A DNA stretch of 63,951 bases, the filler included, from Reclinomonas americana ATCC 50394 (Eukaryota): the NCBI GenBank assembly GCA_048213135.1. It is 12 parts of 10 records of this genome, joined end to end, with 100 filler letters (N's around TTAATTAATTAA, not from the genome) between each part and the next. Parts side by side here need not be neighbours in the genome. Positions count along the whole stretch, not along the records: positions 16,314 to 39,389 come from AFZH01016648.1; 11 more parts are not named here. The stretch is one strand, 5' to 3'. The notes beneath the pieces were generated by a model that was not told where the DNA came from, searched no databases, and saw only the letters and a list, made by a program, of their open reading frames with translations. The position numbers and the translations under genes are program-made. Positions 23,640 to 35,900 of this stretch are shown piece after piece (the first letter of the stretch is position 1; each line of letters starts with the position of its first letter).

Positions 23640-26600
23640 TCACTGAATAGCCAGCACAGCAGTCGCCAGCAGCTCGTCCACATTGGCACCGGCGCCACGC
23701 AGGAATCGCTGCCCCTTGTTGAAACTGCAACCAAACGCACACAAGTGAGATGTACAGCAGCAGGTGGTGGTGAAACACACAAGTGCACAAGAGTGACGAA
23801 CATCAGCTGCCACTCGCCACGACGCGCAGCGCCCACGGTCTTCAAGCCATCAATGAAATTAGTCCATCGAAGCTTGCACCTTCCACACAATCAACACTGA
23901 TGCACAAACCTGCAGCACGGCCATTGCAATAGCAGTCCACCACACCTTGTCGTCGTCCACAGACTCCGGACGCAGTGCATTCAGCTGCTCCACAGTCTTC
24001 GTCGTGTAGCCCGCAATCAGTCCGCTCTCCGACGGCGTCCAGAACCCAGCAAACTGCACAGGCAGAAGTAAGGAACACACCACGACAGCAGCTGGTGAGT
24101 GGGGAGATAGAGAGAGAATGTTGGTTGCGCAACGTTTTGCTTCAGCATCAGTGAATCCTGTGTGGAATCGAGTGAGCAACAAAGACTGATGACAACAGCA
24201 CCTGCTGCGGACGCAACGAGGTTCAAGACTGGAGCTGCCACAACGGAGCTCTTGCCGACTGGCTTTTCTTGCTGCCTGCATAGTTGTAATTTCAAAGTCA
24301 GTATGCCACACACGCATCAATGAGTAGAGCGCTCGACGCACTTTTCCTCTGCCTCGTACGACGCCAGAGAGGCGGCCAGTACAGCAGCCAGATCAGGGTC
24401 GTCTTCTTCGTCTCCAGCAGCCATTACCGCACCTTCAGCTGCCAGGCTCCTCTCCACGGCCAGACCACCGATGTCCAACGCGCGCAGGTCTACAGCAGCC
24501 GCTGGAGCTGGACTGTACGCGAACAGGCTGTCCAGCGCACTGCTTTCACGAGCGACGTGGCCCACGTCGGCGGCTTGCATGTATCCAGCTGCACCTGCAG
24601 GAGGTGGTGGTGGTAGTGGCATTCCTCCATACGCGTGCATCGGGAATGCCGCCTGCGGGGCTGGTGCTCCATACATCTGAGGCGGAGCATATGCTGCGGG
24701 TGCTGCCACTGGTCCGCCTCGCAAAACAGGCATCGGTCGATGCTGTTGCTGCTGCTGTGGCTGTTGAGGACGGCCGAAAACCGCACCAGAGGCTACTGCC
24801 AGGTCACTGAACGGGTCTGCTGCTGGCGACGCATCTGGGCATTGAAATAACAAGCAAATTGCACATGCATTCAGCAAAAATACACCAGATCGACGAGATT
24901 CAGCCGCTGCTCATACCTTCTTCTGCTTCGCCGAAATCGTCCGCATACGCGAGGTGGTTTGCGTGACTGCAGCACGGCGACTAGTGAATCACATGCAACA
25001 TCCAGTGACATCACATCAACAAGCTGTTACTCACTGCGGCATGTGACCGCCAAATGCCCTCGGCATCGCACCATGGCCACCAAGTTCCCTCGCCATTTCG
25101 GCAGGCGCGAAAAACGCGGCCATCGCTGGCCGCATCTGTGGACCACCACCACCACCGCCGAAGGCCGCAAAATTTGGCGCTAGCACACTCGACGTGGCAG
25201 TGGCTGCAATAGGTGCACTGCAATAACAGTCCTCAGTGGTGAGGATAGATCTGACATGGAAGCCAGAGTGACAAGCAATACTCAACGATTTGTAGCCGCT
25301 CTCGAGAGCAATGTTGATCTCACGCAACACCGGAGCCACTGCACACGCACCATCACAACCGTCAGACAACTCGCTGAACACTTTGAATTGCGCTTGCATG
25401 CGCATACACCCACCATCACTGGCGGCCGACGGAGCGTCGTCCACCACAATGAAATTCGTGTGCTTCGACGCCAGCTTGAAGCGCGTCGCCAACTCCACAA
25501 TGTCGCCAGTCGATCTGCGTGCACACACAGACAGACAAATAGACACGCCACTCAGAACAACAACAACGAAGGCGCATGTGCACAGTCCCCCGTTCTTCAC
25601 ATGCACGCACCCGTTGTGAGTCTCCAAGTGCGCGATCTTACTCTTGGCTGCGCACACAACACCACGTCAGCATTCAAGTCGCTGGCGATTCAACACACCA
25701 CAGTTCATGATCGGTACAGTACCAGCAAGAGTGTGCACTTGCGTGCCGCGCACAGCCGCACCAGCACGAACAGTTGCCGTCTCCTCCACTTCCTCTGCCA
25801 AAGATGCACAAACCAGTGAGTGTCGACTTGTGACACAGAGGAGATTTCGCACTCACCGGCACCCTGCTGCCACGTCAGCTTGACCTCGAACGAGCCGACA
25901 TCACGCGGTGCAAACATGTACACGCAGTGCAACTCGCCCTGGAACGTCGGCGGAATCACATCGTCGGCCACATGCACACGCGGGTTGTCGACCGTGATCT
26001 TGCAGTTGGTGAGTGCCGGCTGCATGGCGCCTGTGAGGACGCCAAACACAGACGGACGCATTCCACCCTCGTCAGCTTTCACTCACTTCGTGCGAGAAGC
26101 ACAATGCCACGCAACGAGTGAGTTGGGTGATGACCAGCGAGGCCATCTGCTGTTCCCCGATCTTGCTGAATGCAGCACTGCCGTTTCCCTTGCGCGCCAG
26201 TTCCAACACCAGCTCGGCATCCACCTGCAGCCCAGATGCACAGTGAGCATCTCTCACTCTTGCAGACAACCATCAGGAGACTCACATCGTTGCCGATGCC
26301 AATGGACCACACTCGAGTCGTTCCTGCATGCTGCACCACTAGGGCACTCATTGTTGTCAGCCAACGACGAACAGATGAAGATGACTGCCTGCTGTCACAC
26401 TGACCTTCGTTGACACAATCCTGGGTATTCTCCACCTCACCATCGGTCAGCACAAACAACTGGCGGCTGTAGCCGGCCACCACTGGCTGACGGAAGATTG
26501 CACCCAGCGGTGCCAGCAGATTCGTGCCACCGAGATCACCGTCAGCGCGTTCGACATACGCACGCGCCTCGGTCAGCGTGTCCTCGTCGACCTTGCGCGA

Positions 26601-28160
26601 CTGCGGCCACAGGCTGTGGAATACACCACCAAATCTGCGACCAAAGAAGAGCAGACGCTGCGTTTTGAGTTGCACGCAACAAGAAATCACCACATTTTTT
26701 CATGCAGACCGATAGATGTTGAACATGACGCCAGGTGCGAGACTCTGCAAGAACAGTTGCATGGCGCGCTTGGCTTCGCGGATTGGTCCACCACTCATTG
26801 ACCCACCTGCATCACAAACATACATGATCACAATATGAGCGACGACGATTGGACATGCCACTCCTTCACAACACGCCCACGTAACTGCAGTCCAACAGAA
26901 ACACAATCTCCGTGTTGATCTCCACATCCAGGTTGGCATCCAACGCCGGGGCAATCGTCACACATACCGCCAGTTCCTTGTCGGTGCCCACCAACGCCGG
27001 ATCCACCTCCACAGAGACAGCAGGCACTGATGCATTGTTCAATGTTGGCCAACAAGGGAGGAGAGAAAGACAGCAGCGCACCTGGCAGCTCCTCCAGTGT
27101 GAATGATACACACAAGTCGCTGGCAAACGACTGTCGCACGTCCTCCAGACGCAATGTGGCCTCGTTGTCGCGCACATCGGTGCTGTGCATTGCGTGATTC
27201 TCCGATGTCACATTGGTGATGACCGACGGCATTGTGGCCTTCACATCCACCGACGCGCAGAACCGACGCAGCACACCAAAGGCGGTCTCTATCTCCACTG
27301 CCTCCGGTGCAGACGAGCCGGCCTCACTGTCGACACCGAGTGAGAGATGCCTCACAGAGGAAAAGAGAGAGAGGGAGGGAGAATGAAACGCAACTCGCGC
27401 TCACGCAGCGGTGGCAGCAGCGACTTGGAGACGACAAAGACGAGGTTCTTGGCCAGTGCGTCGGCCTTCAACTCCGTCACGTATGTGATGCACACGGTGG
27501 CCTCGTGTGTCGGATCCAGCCGACCAATGTTGACCTGTGTGTGAACGACGAAATGCACGATGGTCGGCGATCGAGTCAGCAGACAACTTCGTCTCCTGGT
27601 GGTGGCGACGCAACAGTGTAGGTGAATTCGTCACGCTTCTCGACCATGAAGGGTCGATGTCCGGCCGCAATGGCATCGTCGTAGCGCTCCTGCGCCCGCT
27701 GCTTGGCCTCCACAGCGCCCTGCAGCGATCAGAATCACCGATTAGCTAAAAATATCACGGCGTGTGTGATCAACTGGCGACACGTAGCGCACTCAACTCG
27801 CAACACCCGCCCATCAACCTGCACCGCAAAGTCGCACACGGCAGTCTTGCGGTCACACGGGAACATGTATGTGATCTCCAGCGGCGTGTCAGTGCGATTG
27901 GCGTACACCTGGATGCATGTCACTCGCGCCGTCGCGCCCACAATCTCCGCTTGCACATGCACGCCTGTGCCACAGCGAGAACGAGAAGAGAGAGAGGTGG
28001 AGGAAGAGACACACGAGTGAGACAAGTGCTTTGAGTGTGAAAGGCGGAAAAATGACAGCCGCGTCGCACCTTCCACAGGTAGCACGCTCTTCCCCGCTGG
28101 CACTGTGGGGTCCTCGTAAAAGAGGCCCGCAATGGGCTGCACAAGTGTTGGTTCCTCCAT
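23640..28160 (-). CDS. VIT + von Willebrand A domain protein (VWA5A-like) with Pro/Ala-rich linker and a UIM
   Basis: VIT: VHVQAEIVG..YANRTDTPLEITYMFP..AQERYDDAIAAG; MIDAS EIVFLLDC-SGSMSG; LGGTNLLAPL; LFVLTDGEV; RVWSIGIG; LASKHTNFIVVD; C-terminal VWWTAIAMAVL..EWQLM-FNKGQRFL. Confidence 0.92.
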
Positions 28161-28258
28161 GTGTTGTCTTCTCTCTCTCAATGATGTTTGTTGTGATCAT
28201 CCACCCCTCCGCTCCACTCAACCAAGCCATACCATACCATCGCACGATGCGTCGCAGC

Positions 28259-31200
28259 AGTGGTGTCTTTTGTTGCGTATGTGTGTGTCGCCGCTGCATC
28301 TTGTCTGCGTGCGCTTTCTTCTTCCATCTCTTCTGTTCTCTGCACGCGTGTGTGCGTGTTTGGGGGGGTGGTGATGTGCATTTCCTCTCTTGTCGCCCCG
28401 GCACTCTCTGACACTGCTCTCCGCGCTTGCTGCAGTGGGCGGTGGTTGCTGCAGCTCCAAGCCGGCGGATGTGCGCGACCCAGCGGCGCCAGGACGAATG
28501 ACTCTCGGTCTTGTGTGATTGAGCACGCGCACGCACACTGCTGCATGCTCACTCTCTTGCAGGTGGGCTGGAGCCTCACGCCGACCCGGTGGTGCCGCCT
28601 GCGAATGTGGTGGTTCGTGCTGTTAACGTACCACCGGTGGTGGTCAATGTGCCCGAGGTTCCGCATGTGCCCGAGGTTCCTCGTGTGCCTGAGGTGCCTC
28701 GCGTGGCCGAAGTTGTGCAACAAGTGGTGGCGCAGCCGGTGGCGCAGGCGGCTGCGGCTGTGGAGACGCAAGTGGTGTCGGTGCCGACTGAGGTCGTGGC
28801 CAGAGTCGAGGATGTCGTTCCTGGTGTGTTCGGTTTCGATTTCCTATCGACTGTGACTGGTTTCGTTGTTGATCGTGGTGGCAGAGATCCCGCCGCTGGA
28901 GGAGGTTATGCCGTCGCCAAGCATGTCCCTGGCGGAGATTGAGTCAGCTGACATTGTGGTGGGTGTTTCTTGTGCTGTTTGCTGCTGTTGTCTGTGCTGT
29001 CCGCTGATGTCTGATGCGGATCGTGGCGTGCAGGAGGTGGCAACGCCTCCCCCGAACGAGGCACCGGCTAGGAACCTGGTCAACTACTATGCGGCGGAGG
29101 AGGAGGGCGAGGCTGCAGATGCTGGAAGCGTGTCCACTGATCATGCGTTGCCAAAAGTCGACTTGCCGCAGAGCGATCCGCGATACTTTGCGGCGCTGGC
29201 CGGCGAGGTGCGTTCTGTGATCGTCTGACACTGAATGGAGTGTGGTGCTGCCGCTGACACGTGCATATCTTTTTTTGTGTGCGATAGTCGCGAACACAGC
29301 GCTTGTCTTGCACGGGTACGTTTGTTGATGTGTCCACGAGGGGCTGTGGTGTAAATGCATTTCTGACAGACTTGGTGGGTGTGCATCGTGCAGCCGCCAG
29401 TGTCCGCCTCTTCCTTTTCGACTTTGTGGCGGAGGTTCAGCTGGAGCAAAAGTTTGTGCATGTGGGAGATGCGCCGGAGGTGATGGAATATTGCTTCCCC
29501 AAGTCGGACACCATGGCTCTCATGGAGTGGAGTGCCACGGTGAACGGCAGCACATTCAAGGTCTCGAGTCGCCGTGCACCACCTTGTGCCACTGTGTTCC
29601 CCCACTTTCTGTTGACTTGTGGGGTTTTGTTTTCAGTTGAATGCGCAGCGCAGCGCGGCCGCACAGAGTGAGATCCCGTCGTGGAAGGAGAGTGCATCTG
29701 GTGAGCGTGGTCAGACGATTATGTTGATGCCGTTGGGTCTCGTGTCGCCCGGCGATGAGGTTGGTCATTGTCGTAATGGACGCGGTGCATGATGAATCCA
29801 GTGGTTGATTGCGGTTGTGGTCTGTCATGTAGGTGTCGGTGTCACTCAAGTACGCGGTGCGTGCCGAGTACGACCGTTTCTCGCGCAGCATTGTTGTGGT
29901 GCTCCCGTTGTACATGGCACCCGAGGCGAGCAGGTGAGTTGTCGGATGGAAGAATGATCTCTTTGTTCTACGTCAGTTCGTTCACCGCGGACCTGCAACA
30001 GTGCATCCAAGGATCCTCTGGTGTCCGTCTTGTGCCGCATGTCGGACCCCATTGATGATATCCGATCACCGTCGCACTCGATTCGTCGACTGCTGCAGGG
30101 CACACAGGTCACGTGCTCTAGTCCATATCTTGAATCGGTGCGCGAAATGGCCCGCTGACAGTTGTACCCACAGGCCCGTGTGCAAGTGATGCCGACGTTC
30201 GGTGTCGAGTTCCTCGTGCTGGCTGTGTATCCCAAGCGCTACTCGTTCCCGATGTGCACTGTGGGTCGCTCACAATCATTTGCCGAGAAGACCGATGCCA
30301 ACCACGAGTACTGTGTCAATCTCACTCTGCGTTGCGTACTTTGCGTCGCGGCCAGGGTGCATTCGTGCCGTTTGATGCTGATTTGTCGCGTTCCTGGTTG
30401 TAGTGCCACCTCGCGAAATTTTGCCAGCCGTGCTGCCGAGGGATCGCATGGGCGAACTGAATTGTGACTTTGTGTTCATTCTGGATTGCTCACGCAGCAT
30501 GAAGGGTGCACGGTGCGTCAAGCGTGTGACATACCCCGCTCTCTGTGGTGTGTGTACAGTCACTGACATTATTGCATCGTGCAGCATGACGGAGAGCAAG
30601 CGCGCCTTGCTCCTCTTCTTGCAGTCGCTTACCGTGGGTGCTCACTTCAACGTTGTCAAGTTTGGTGACGAGCATCATCGCATGTGGCCTGTGTGCCGCT
30701 CGCTCAACGACGACACCATGGCGGAGGCTCGGTCCGTTTGCGCTTTTGCAGGCTGTCGTTTTTCTCTGCGAACAACTGACCATCCAGCGTGCGCGACAGT
30801 GCGTTCATCAACTCTGCTGACGCCGACATGTTTGGCACTCGCCTGTTCCCGGTGCTGGAGGAAATCTACAGTGAGGTCTGTAAGTGTCGCACCATGTTTG
30901 TCTTCACAGCTGCTACGGACACTGATTGATTTCTTTGGTGCAGCCGGAGACTGGACGCACTCGCCAGCTGGTGAGCTGCGAGTGGTTGCAGACTTGCGCC
31001 TGCCCCGCTCTCTGTTGACCTTATTCGTTTGTGCAGTTCTTGTTGACCGACGGCAAGGTGGCCGTTGACAAGCTGCGCCTGTTGGGTCAAGGTGAGGGCT
31101 GTAGTTGATAACTGTTTTCTTCACCCACGCATCCGTTGCCAACTCGGTCCGATCATGCGGTAGTTCGGAACGGTGCGAAGAGCACTCGTGTGTTCACCAT

Positions 31201-32840
31201 TGGCATCGGAGATGAAGTGGATCCGGACATGGTTGTCGATATTGTGCGTCGTCTCACACGTGCAGATGTTGTGCCAGGAGGTCGTGTGCTCACCAGTGAG
31301 CACTGTAGGCGCGCTTTGGTAACGGAGCGTACAACTTTGTGGAGATTGGCCAGCAGAACTTGTCAGATGTGGTCATTTCGCAGCTGGAAACCGCGCTGGT
31401 GCCGTCTCTCACGCGCATCACTGTCGAGTTCTCGTCTCCAAACGTCCGCCGCTTGTTCGAGCTGATCCCGCCGCTCTTTGCTGCCTCCACCACGCACGTC
31501 AGCTTCCTGCTGCCGCGCAACGAATCTCTGCGCGTCAAACTCTCGTTCACTGGCCTCGGTGAGTTTGCATATTTCGTCACCAACTGTTGCGCCATTGTGT
31601 AGTCCATCTCACCACGGAGTGTGTATCCTCTCAGACGGTGTGGAGCAGTCGGCCGAGACTGTAGTGTCGACAGACAAGGCGCACTCGACGTCTGCTGTGC
31701 ACGCACTCTCTGGTCAGTCGTGGTTGCGCACACTCGAGCTGTGGCACCCCGAGTTGCGTTTTGGGTGCTCTCATTTGTGTTTGTGTGTTGAAGATTGCCA
31801 GAAGTACTCACTCGTGCACCTGCAGTCGTGTGGAGGAGATTACCAGTTGGGCTGTGCCGTTTGCATTCCCAAGCACGCAGTCGCTTGTTGTCGTCGACGA
31901 GACGCATGCTGATCCCGAGAATGGTGAACGTTGTTGGTGTTTGTACCGATTTTGAGAATGTGGGCCTCACTCGCCAACAGGTCACCATTCCCCCGTGCGT
32001 CAGCACCCGGTGCTTGTCAAGGTGCCCGGATCGAGCTCGACGCAGTTGCGTTTTTTTCGAGTGAACCCAATCAATCTGTGTCCATTGTGTACTGACACGC
32101 TCTGCGACAGAGCGCTGCAGCGCACTCGATCGGCGGCGAGGGTGAGTTTGTGCGCTCGTGTGTGCTCTCTGAATTTTCTGTTGTGACTGATGAACTGTGC
32201 GTGCAGAACTCGGCAAGCATGGTCAAGGCGCCGTCGCTGGACCCTGCACGTGGCCAGCTCGACGCTCTCATGTTTGCGCAGACGGTAATTGATTGTGAAG
32301 TTTGTGTTATTGTAGTATTCGCACTTCTCACATTCATGTGTCTGTGGCACGCAGGCCGGTGGTGCGTGGATTGGCACGGAAGCGTTGTGCCAGATGCTCA
32401 GCGTGACGGAGGAGGAGGTGCGCTTCTGGTGCTGTTGCTCTCTGGTTCGCTGCCTCGTATCGCTCACTATGCAGTACGCAGATTCACGCTGTTCCCGCCG
32501 CCCGAGCTTTGCGGAGCATGGAGCTGTGGTACTCTGCTGTCGCTCTCGCCTCATTGGAGGTGTGTCGTGGTGTTACATCCCGGTGTGTGGAGCAACGCTA
32601 ACACGGGGATGTGTGCAGACGTTCTTCCCGGCCGAGTTGAATGAGTGGCGTTTGGTGGCCAGTAAGGGTGCCCGATTCCTGGCAACAGAGTTGGGTGTGC
32701 GTCCCATGGCCAAGATTCTGGAGGAGGCTCGTGGCTTTGTGGATGCCTCGTCGTCGCCACTGAAGGGCAGAGCGGTGAGTGCTGCCGCCGTGTCTGCTGC
32801 CGCTACGGCGTCAGCTGCTTCCGGTTCTGGCTCGCGATCG
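28259..32840 (+). CDS. Second VIT + vWA (VWA5A-like) moiety with GGGCCSSK N-terminus and Val/Pro-rich region; probably the N-terminal half of a fusion with LTA4H
   Basis: AEVQLEQKF..MEYCFP (VIT); DFVFILDCSRSMKG; LLLFLQSL..HFNVVKFG; LLTDGKV; RVFTIGIG; WYSAVALASLE-TFFPAELNEWRLVASKGARFL. Start position uncertain. Confidence 0.85.
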
Positions 32841-32902
32841 GTTGCGTACCTCCCACGGCTCCTCTTCTTTGCCATTGTGCGATGAACTCATTGTGGAGAC
32901 AG

Positions 32903-35900
32903 ATACAATCCGCCGTACCGGCTGTGGTTAGCGCCAACCCGGCTGCTGTTGGCCGCGCTGCCCTGCGACCTGTCGGATCGTCGACATCGCCGAGGAGTCT
33001 GGCCGCCAGTGCCACGTCATCTGCGGCACACACCCTGTCGTCTACGCAGGCATCTGCCGCTGCGACATTGACGCATGCCACGGGAGCGATGGCTTCCTCT
33101 GTGGCTCCAGCTGCGGCGGCTGCATCGTCGGCACCGGCGGCAGCCAGTGCCGCTGTGTCTCACGCGGCGGCGGCGCCCGCTCAGGCCGTGCATGCAGCGG
33201 CGGCATCAGCGCCAGCAGCGGCAGCCAGTGCCGCTGTGTCTCATGCTGCTGCGGCGCCCGCTCAGGCCGTGCATGCAGCGGCGACATCAGCGCCGGCAGC
33301 GGCAGCCAGTGCCGCTGTCTCTCACGCTGTTGCGGCACCCGCTCAGGTCGTTCACGCTGCTGCGTCGTCGGCACCAGCCGCAGCAGCCAGCGCAGCGGTT
33401 GAACACGCTGTTGCGGCACCGGCTCAGGCCGCGCATGCTGCCGCGTCGTCGGCACCAGCCGCAGCAGCCAGCGCAGCGGTTGAGCACGCTGTTGCGGCAC
33501 CGGCTCAGGCCGCGCATGCTGCTGCTTCATCGGCACCTGCTCACGCCGTACAGGCTGCGGTGGTGGCTCCGGTGGCCGCCGCTGTCAGCGATGTGCACGT
33601 AGCGGCCTCCAATGCCGTGGCGGCTGCACCCGCTGCGGCTGATGCGGCTGCGTCACATGTTGCTTCGGCTGCGGCTGCCGCGCCTGCTGCTGCAGCGGCG
33701 GCAGTGGATGTGGCTGCAGCGCATGCGACCTCGGCCGTCGAATCTGCCGCTGGCATTCGACCGGGTTGCCGCGGTCGCCCAGATTTCTGCACGCTCTCCA
33801 GCCATGAGTTCGCGCAGAAGCACCTGGACTTGGAGATTCGCGCTCACTTTGACAGCAAGCAGCTTGATTGCACGTGAGTTCTTGTGTTTTGCTCTACGTC
33901 GCCTGTTGGTGTCATGCTACCTACCTGACTCTGCACCAACAGTGCCACGTGGACGCTGGAAGTTGGCCACCGCTCCCTGCCTCTGATTGCATTCGACGCG
34001 ACGTCGTCTCTCGTCGTGAAATCTGTCGTGTTGTTGGGCGCTGACGGCTCCGCACAACCGCTGGTGTTCTCGCGCGGTCAGCAGCACGAGATCACTGCGC
34101 TCGGGTGCCCGCTGTTGGTGGAGCTGTCTTTCGAGGTGACTGGCGAGCAGCGCATTCGCATAGAGTACGAGGTGTCGTCTGGCGCCTCGGCGCTGCAGTG
34201 GCTGGATGTGGCGTTGCGTCTGCTTGCTTGATTGTCGAGACCATTCATGGCCCGCGTCGTTGTTGTTATATTCATTACTGTTGTTCGTGCAGACAAACTG
34301 CCGACAAGAAGGCGCCGTTCATGTTCAGTCAATGCCAGGTTTGTCGCTGCGTGCTTGGTTGCCGCTTCTGCGTGCCTGCTTACCTGTTCTGCACGCAGGC
34401 CATCCATGCTCGCTCCATTCTGCCGTGCCAGGACACGCCATCACAAAAGTTCACCTATCACGCCATTGTCGAGTTGCGCAAACCGTCCTGGTCATCGTGT
34501 ATGCTTGAGACTGACACGTGACTGACTCGCAGATTCCCCGACGGAATGACGGCGCTGATGAGTGCGAATCGCGTCGATGTGCCCGCTTCCCGATCGGCGC
34601 CAGCAAACCGCAAGCTGGCCGCGTTCCACCAGCCCGTCGCCATTCCTGTTTCGTTGGTCATTGTCGGTTGTCCTTGACTGTTGTTGTTGTTGTACTCACT
34701 TTGTTGGCAGTCATATTTGCTGGCCATTGCCATCGGCGACTTGGCTTCACGGTTGGTGTCTGCGTCAATGTGTTTGTGCTTTGTCGGACGGTGTGTTGAT
34801 GGTGTGTCCTCCACACAGAGTAATCGGTCCGCGCTCGTCGGTGTGGGCCGAGCCGTCCATTGTGCGTCTGCTGCCTGGCGAATGCATATTGTGACGGTGT
34901 CCTGACCAGTCCTCTGTGTAGGTGGAGTCGGCCGCGCACGAATTCGCAGAGACCGAGGACTTTATCCGCTACGGTGAATGCCAGTGCTTGTTGCTTTTTC
35001 TTGCCTCTTGCAGTTGCTGATGCATAGGTATGTGTATTGTATGATCTGCGAACAGCCGAGGAAGTGACTGGTGCGTCCTGAATGCTCGCGATTCTTCGTT
35101 TTCCGTGCTTGTCTCACCAGTCGGCATGCCTGCGCAGGTGTACCGTACTTGTGGGGTTCATACGACATTCTTGTTCTGCCGCCTTCGTTCCCGTTCGGTG
35201 CGTGTGGGGTGCATTGCAGATGCCAGTTCCTTGCCGCTGAATTCACTCATTCCTGCTGTTCTCTGCTCAGGTGGCATGGAGAACCCGGTGCGCTTGTTGT
35301 TCTTCGTTTGACATGCTTCACGCATGTGGTGCTCATGTCTCTCGCCTTGTTGCAGCAAATCACGTTTGCCACTCCGACACTGTTGGCTGGCGACCGCTCG
35401 TTGGCGTCGGTCATTGCACACGAAATTGCACACAGCTGGTCCGGCAACCTGGTCACCAATGTGGTACGTTTTGCGGCAAAGCCTGCGTGATGGTAAGAGT
35501 TGAGCGCTCATGCCCCCGTTTGCTGGCAGACACACGAGTCGTTCTGGCTGAACGAGGGCTTTACCGTGTTCCTGGAGCGCAAGATTCTTGGTGCGTAGCT
35601 GCTTGTGAACAAATCGTGGACAACTCCGCGCCTCACGTGCCGAACTGCGCGATGCAGGACGTGCTTGTGGCGAACAGATGCGTCAGTTTGACAGCATCCT
35701 CGGCCACATTCATCTGCAGGCTGAGGTGGACCACATTGGCCCGGATCACGACTTTACTTGCCTGTGCCCTCGGTACGTGTGAGAATTCTCGTAAGTGTGT
35801 GTGTGTGTGTGGAGAGAGGTAAAATGCTCACGGATATTGCTGCTTGCAGACTGGAGAACATTGACCCCGATGACGTGCGTGCCGCTGATGGTTCTCATCG

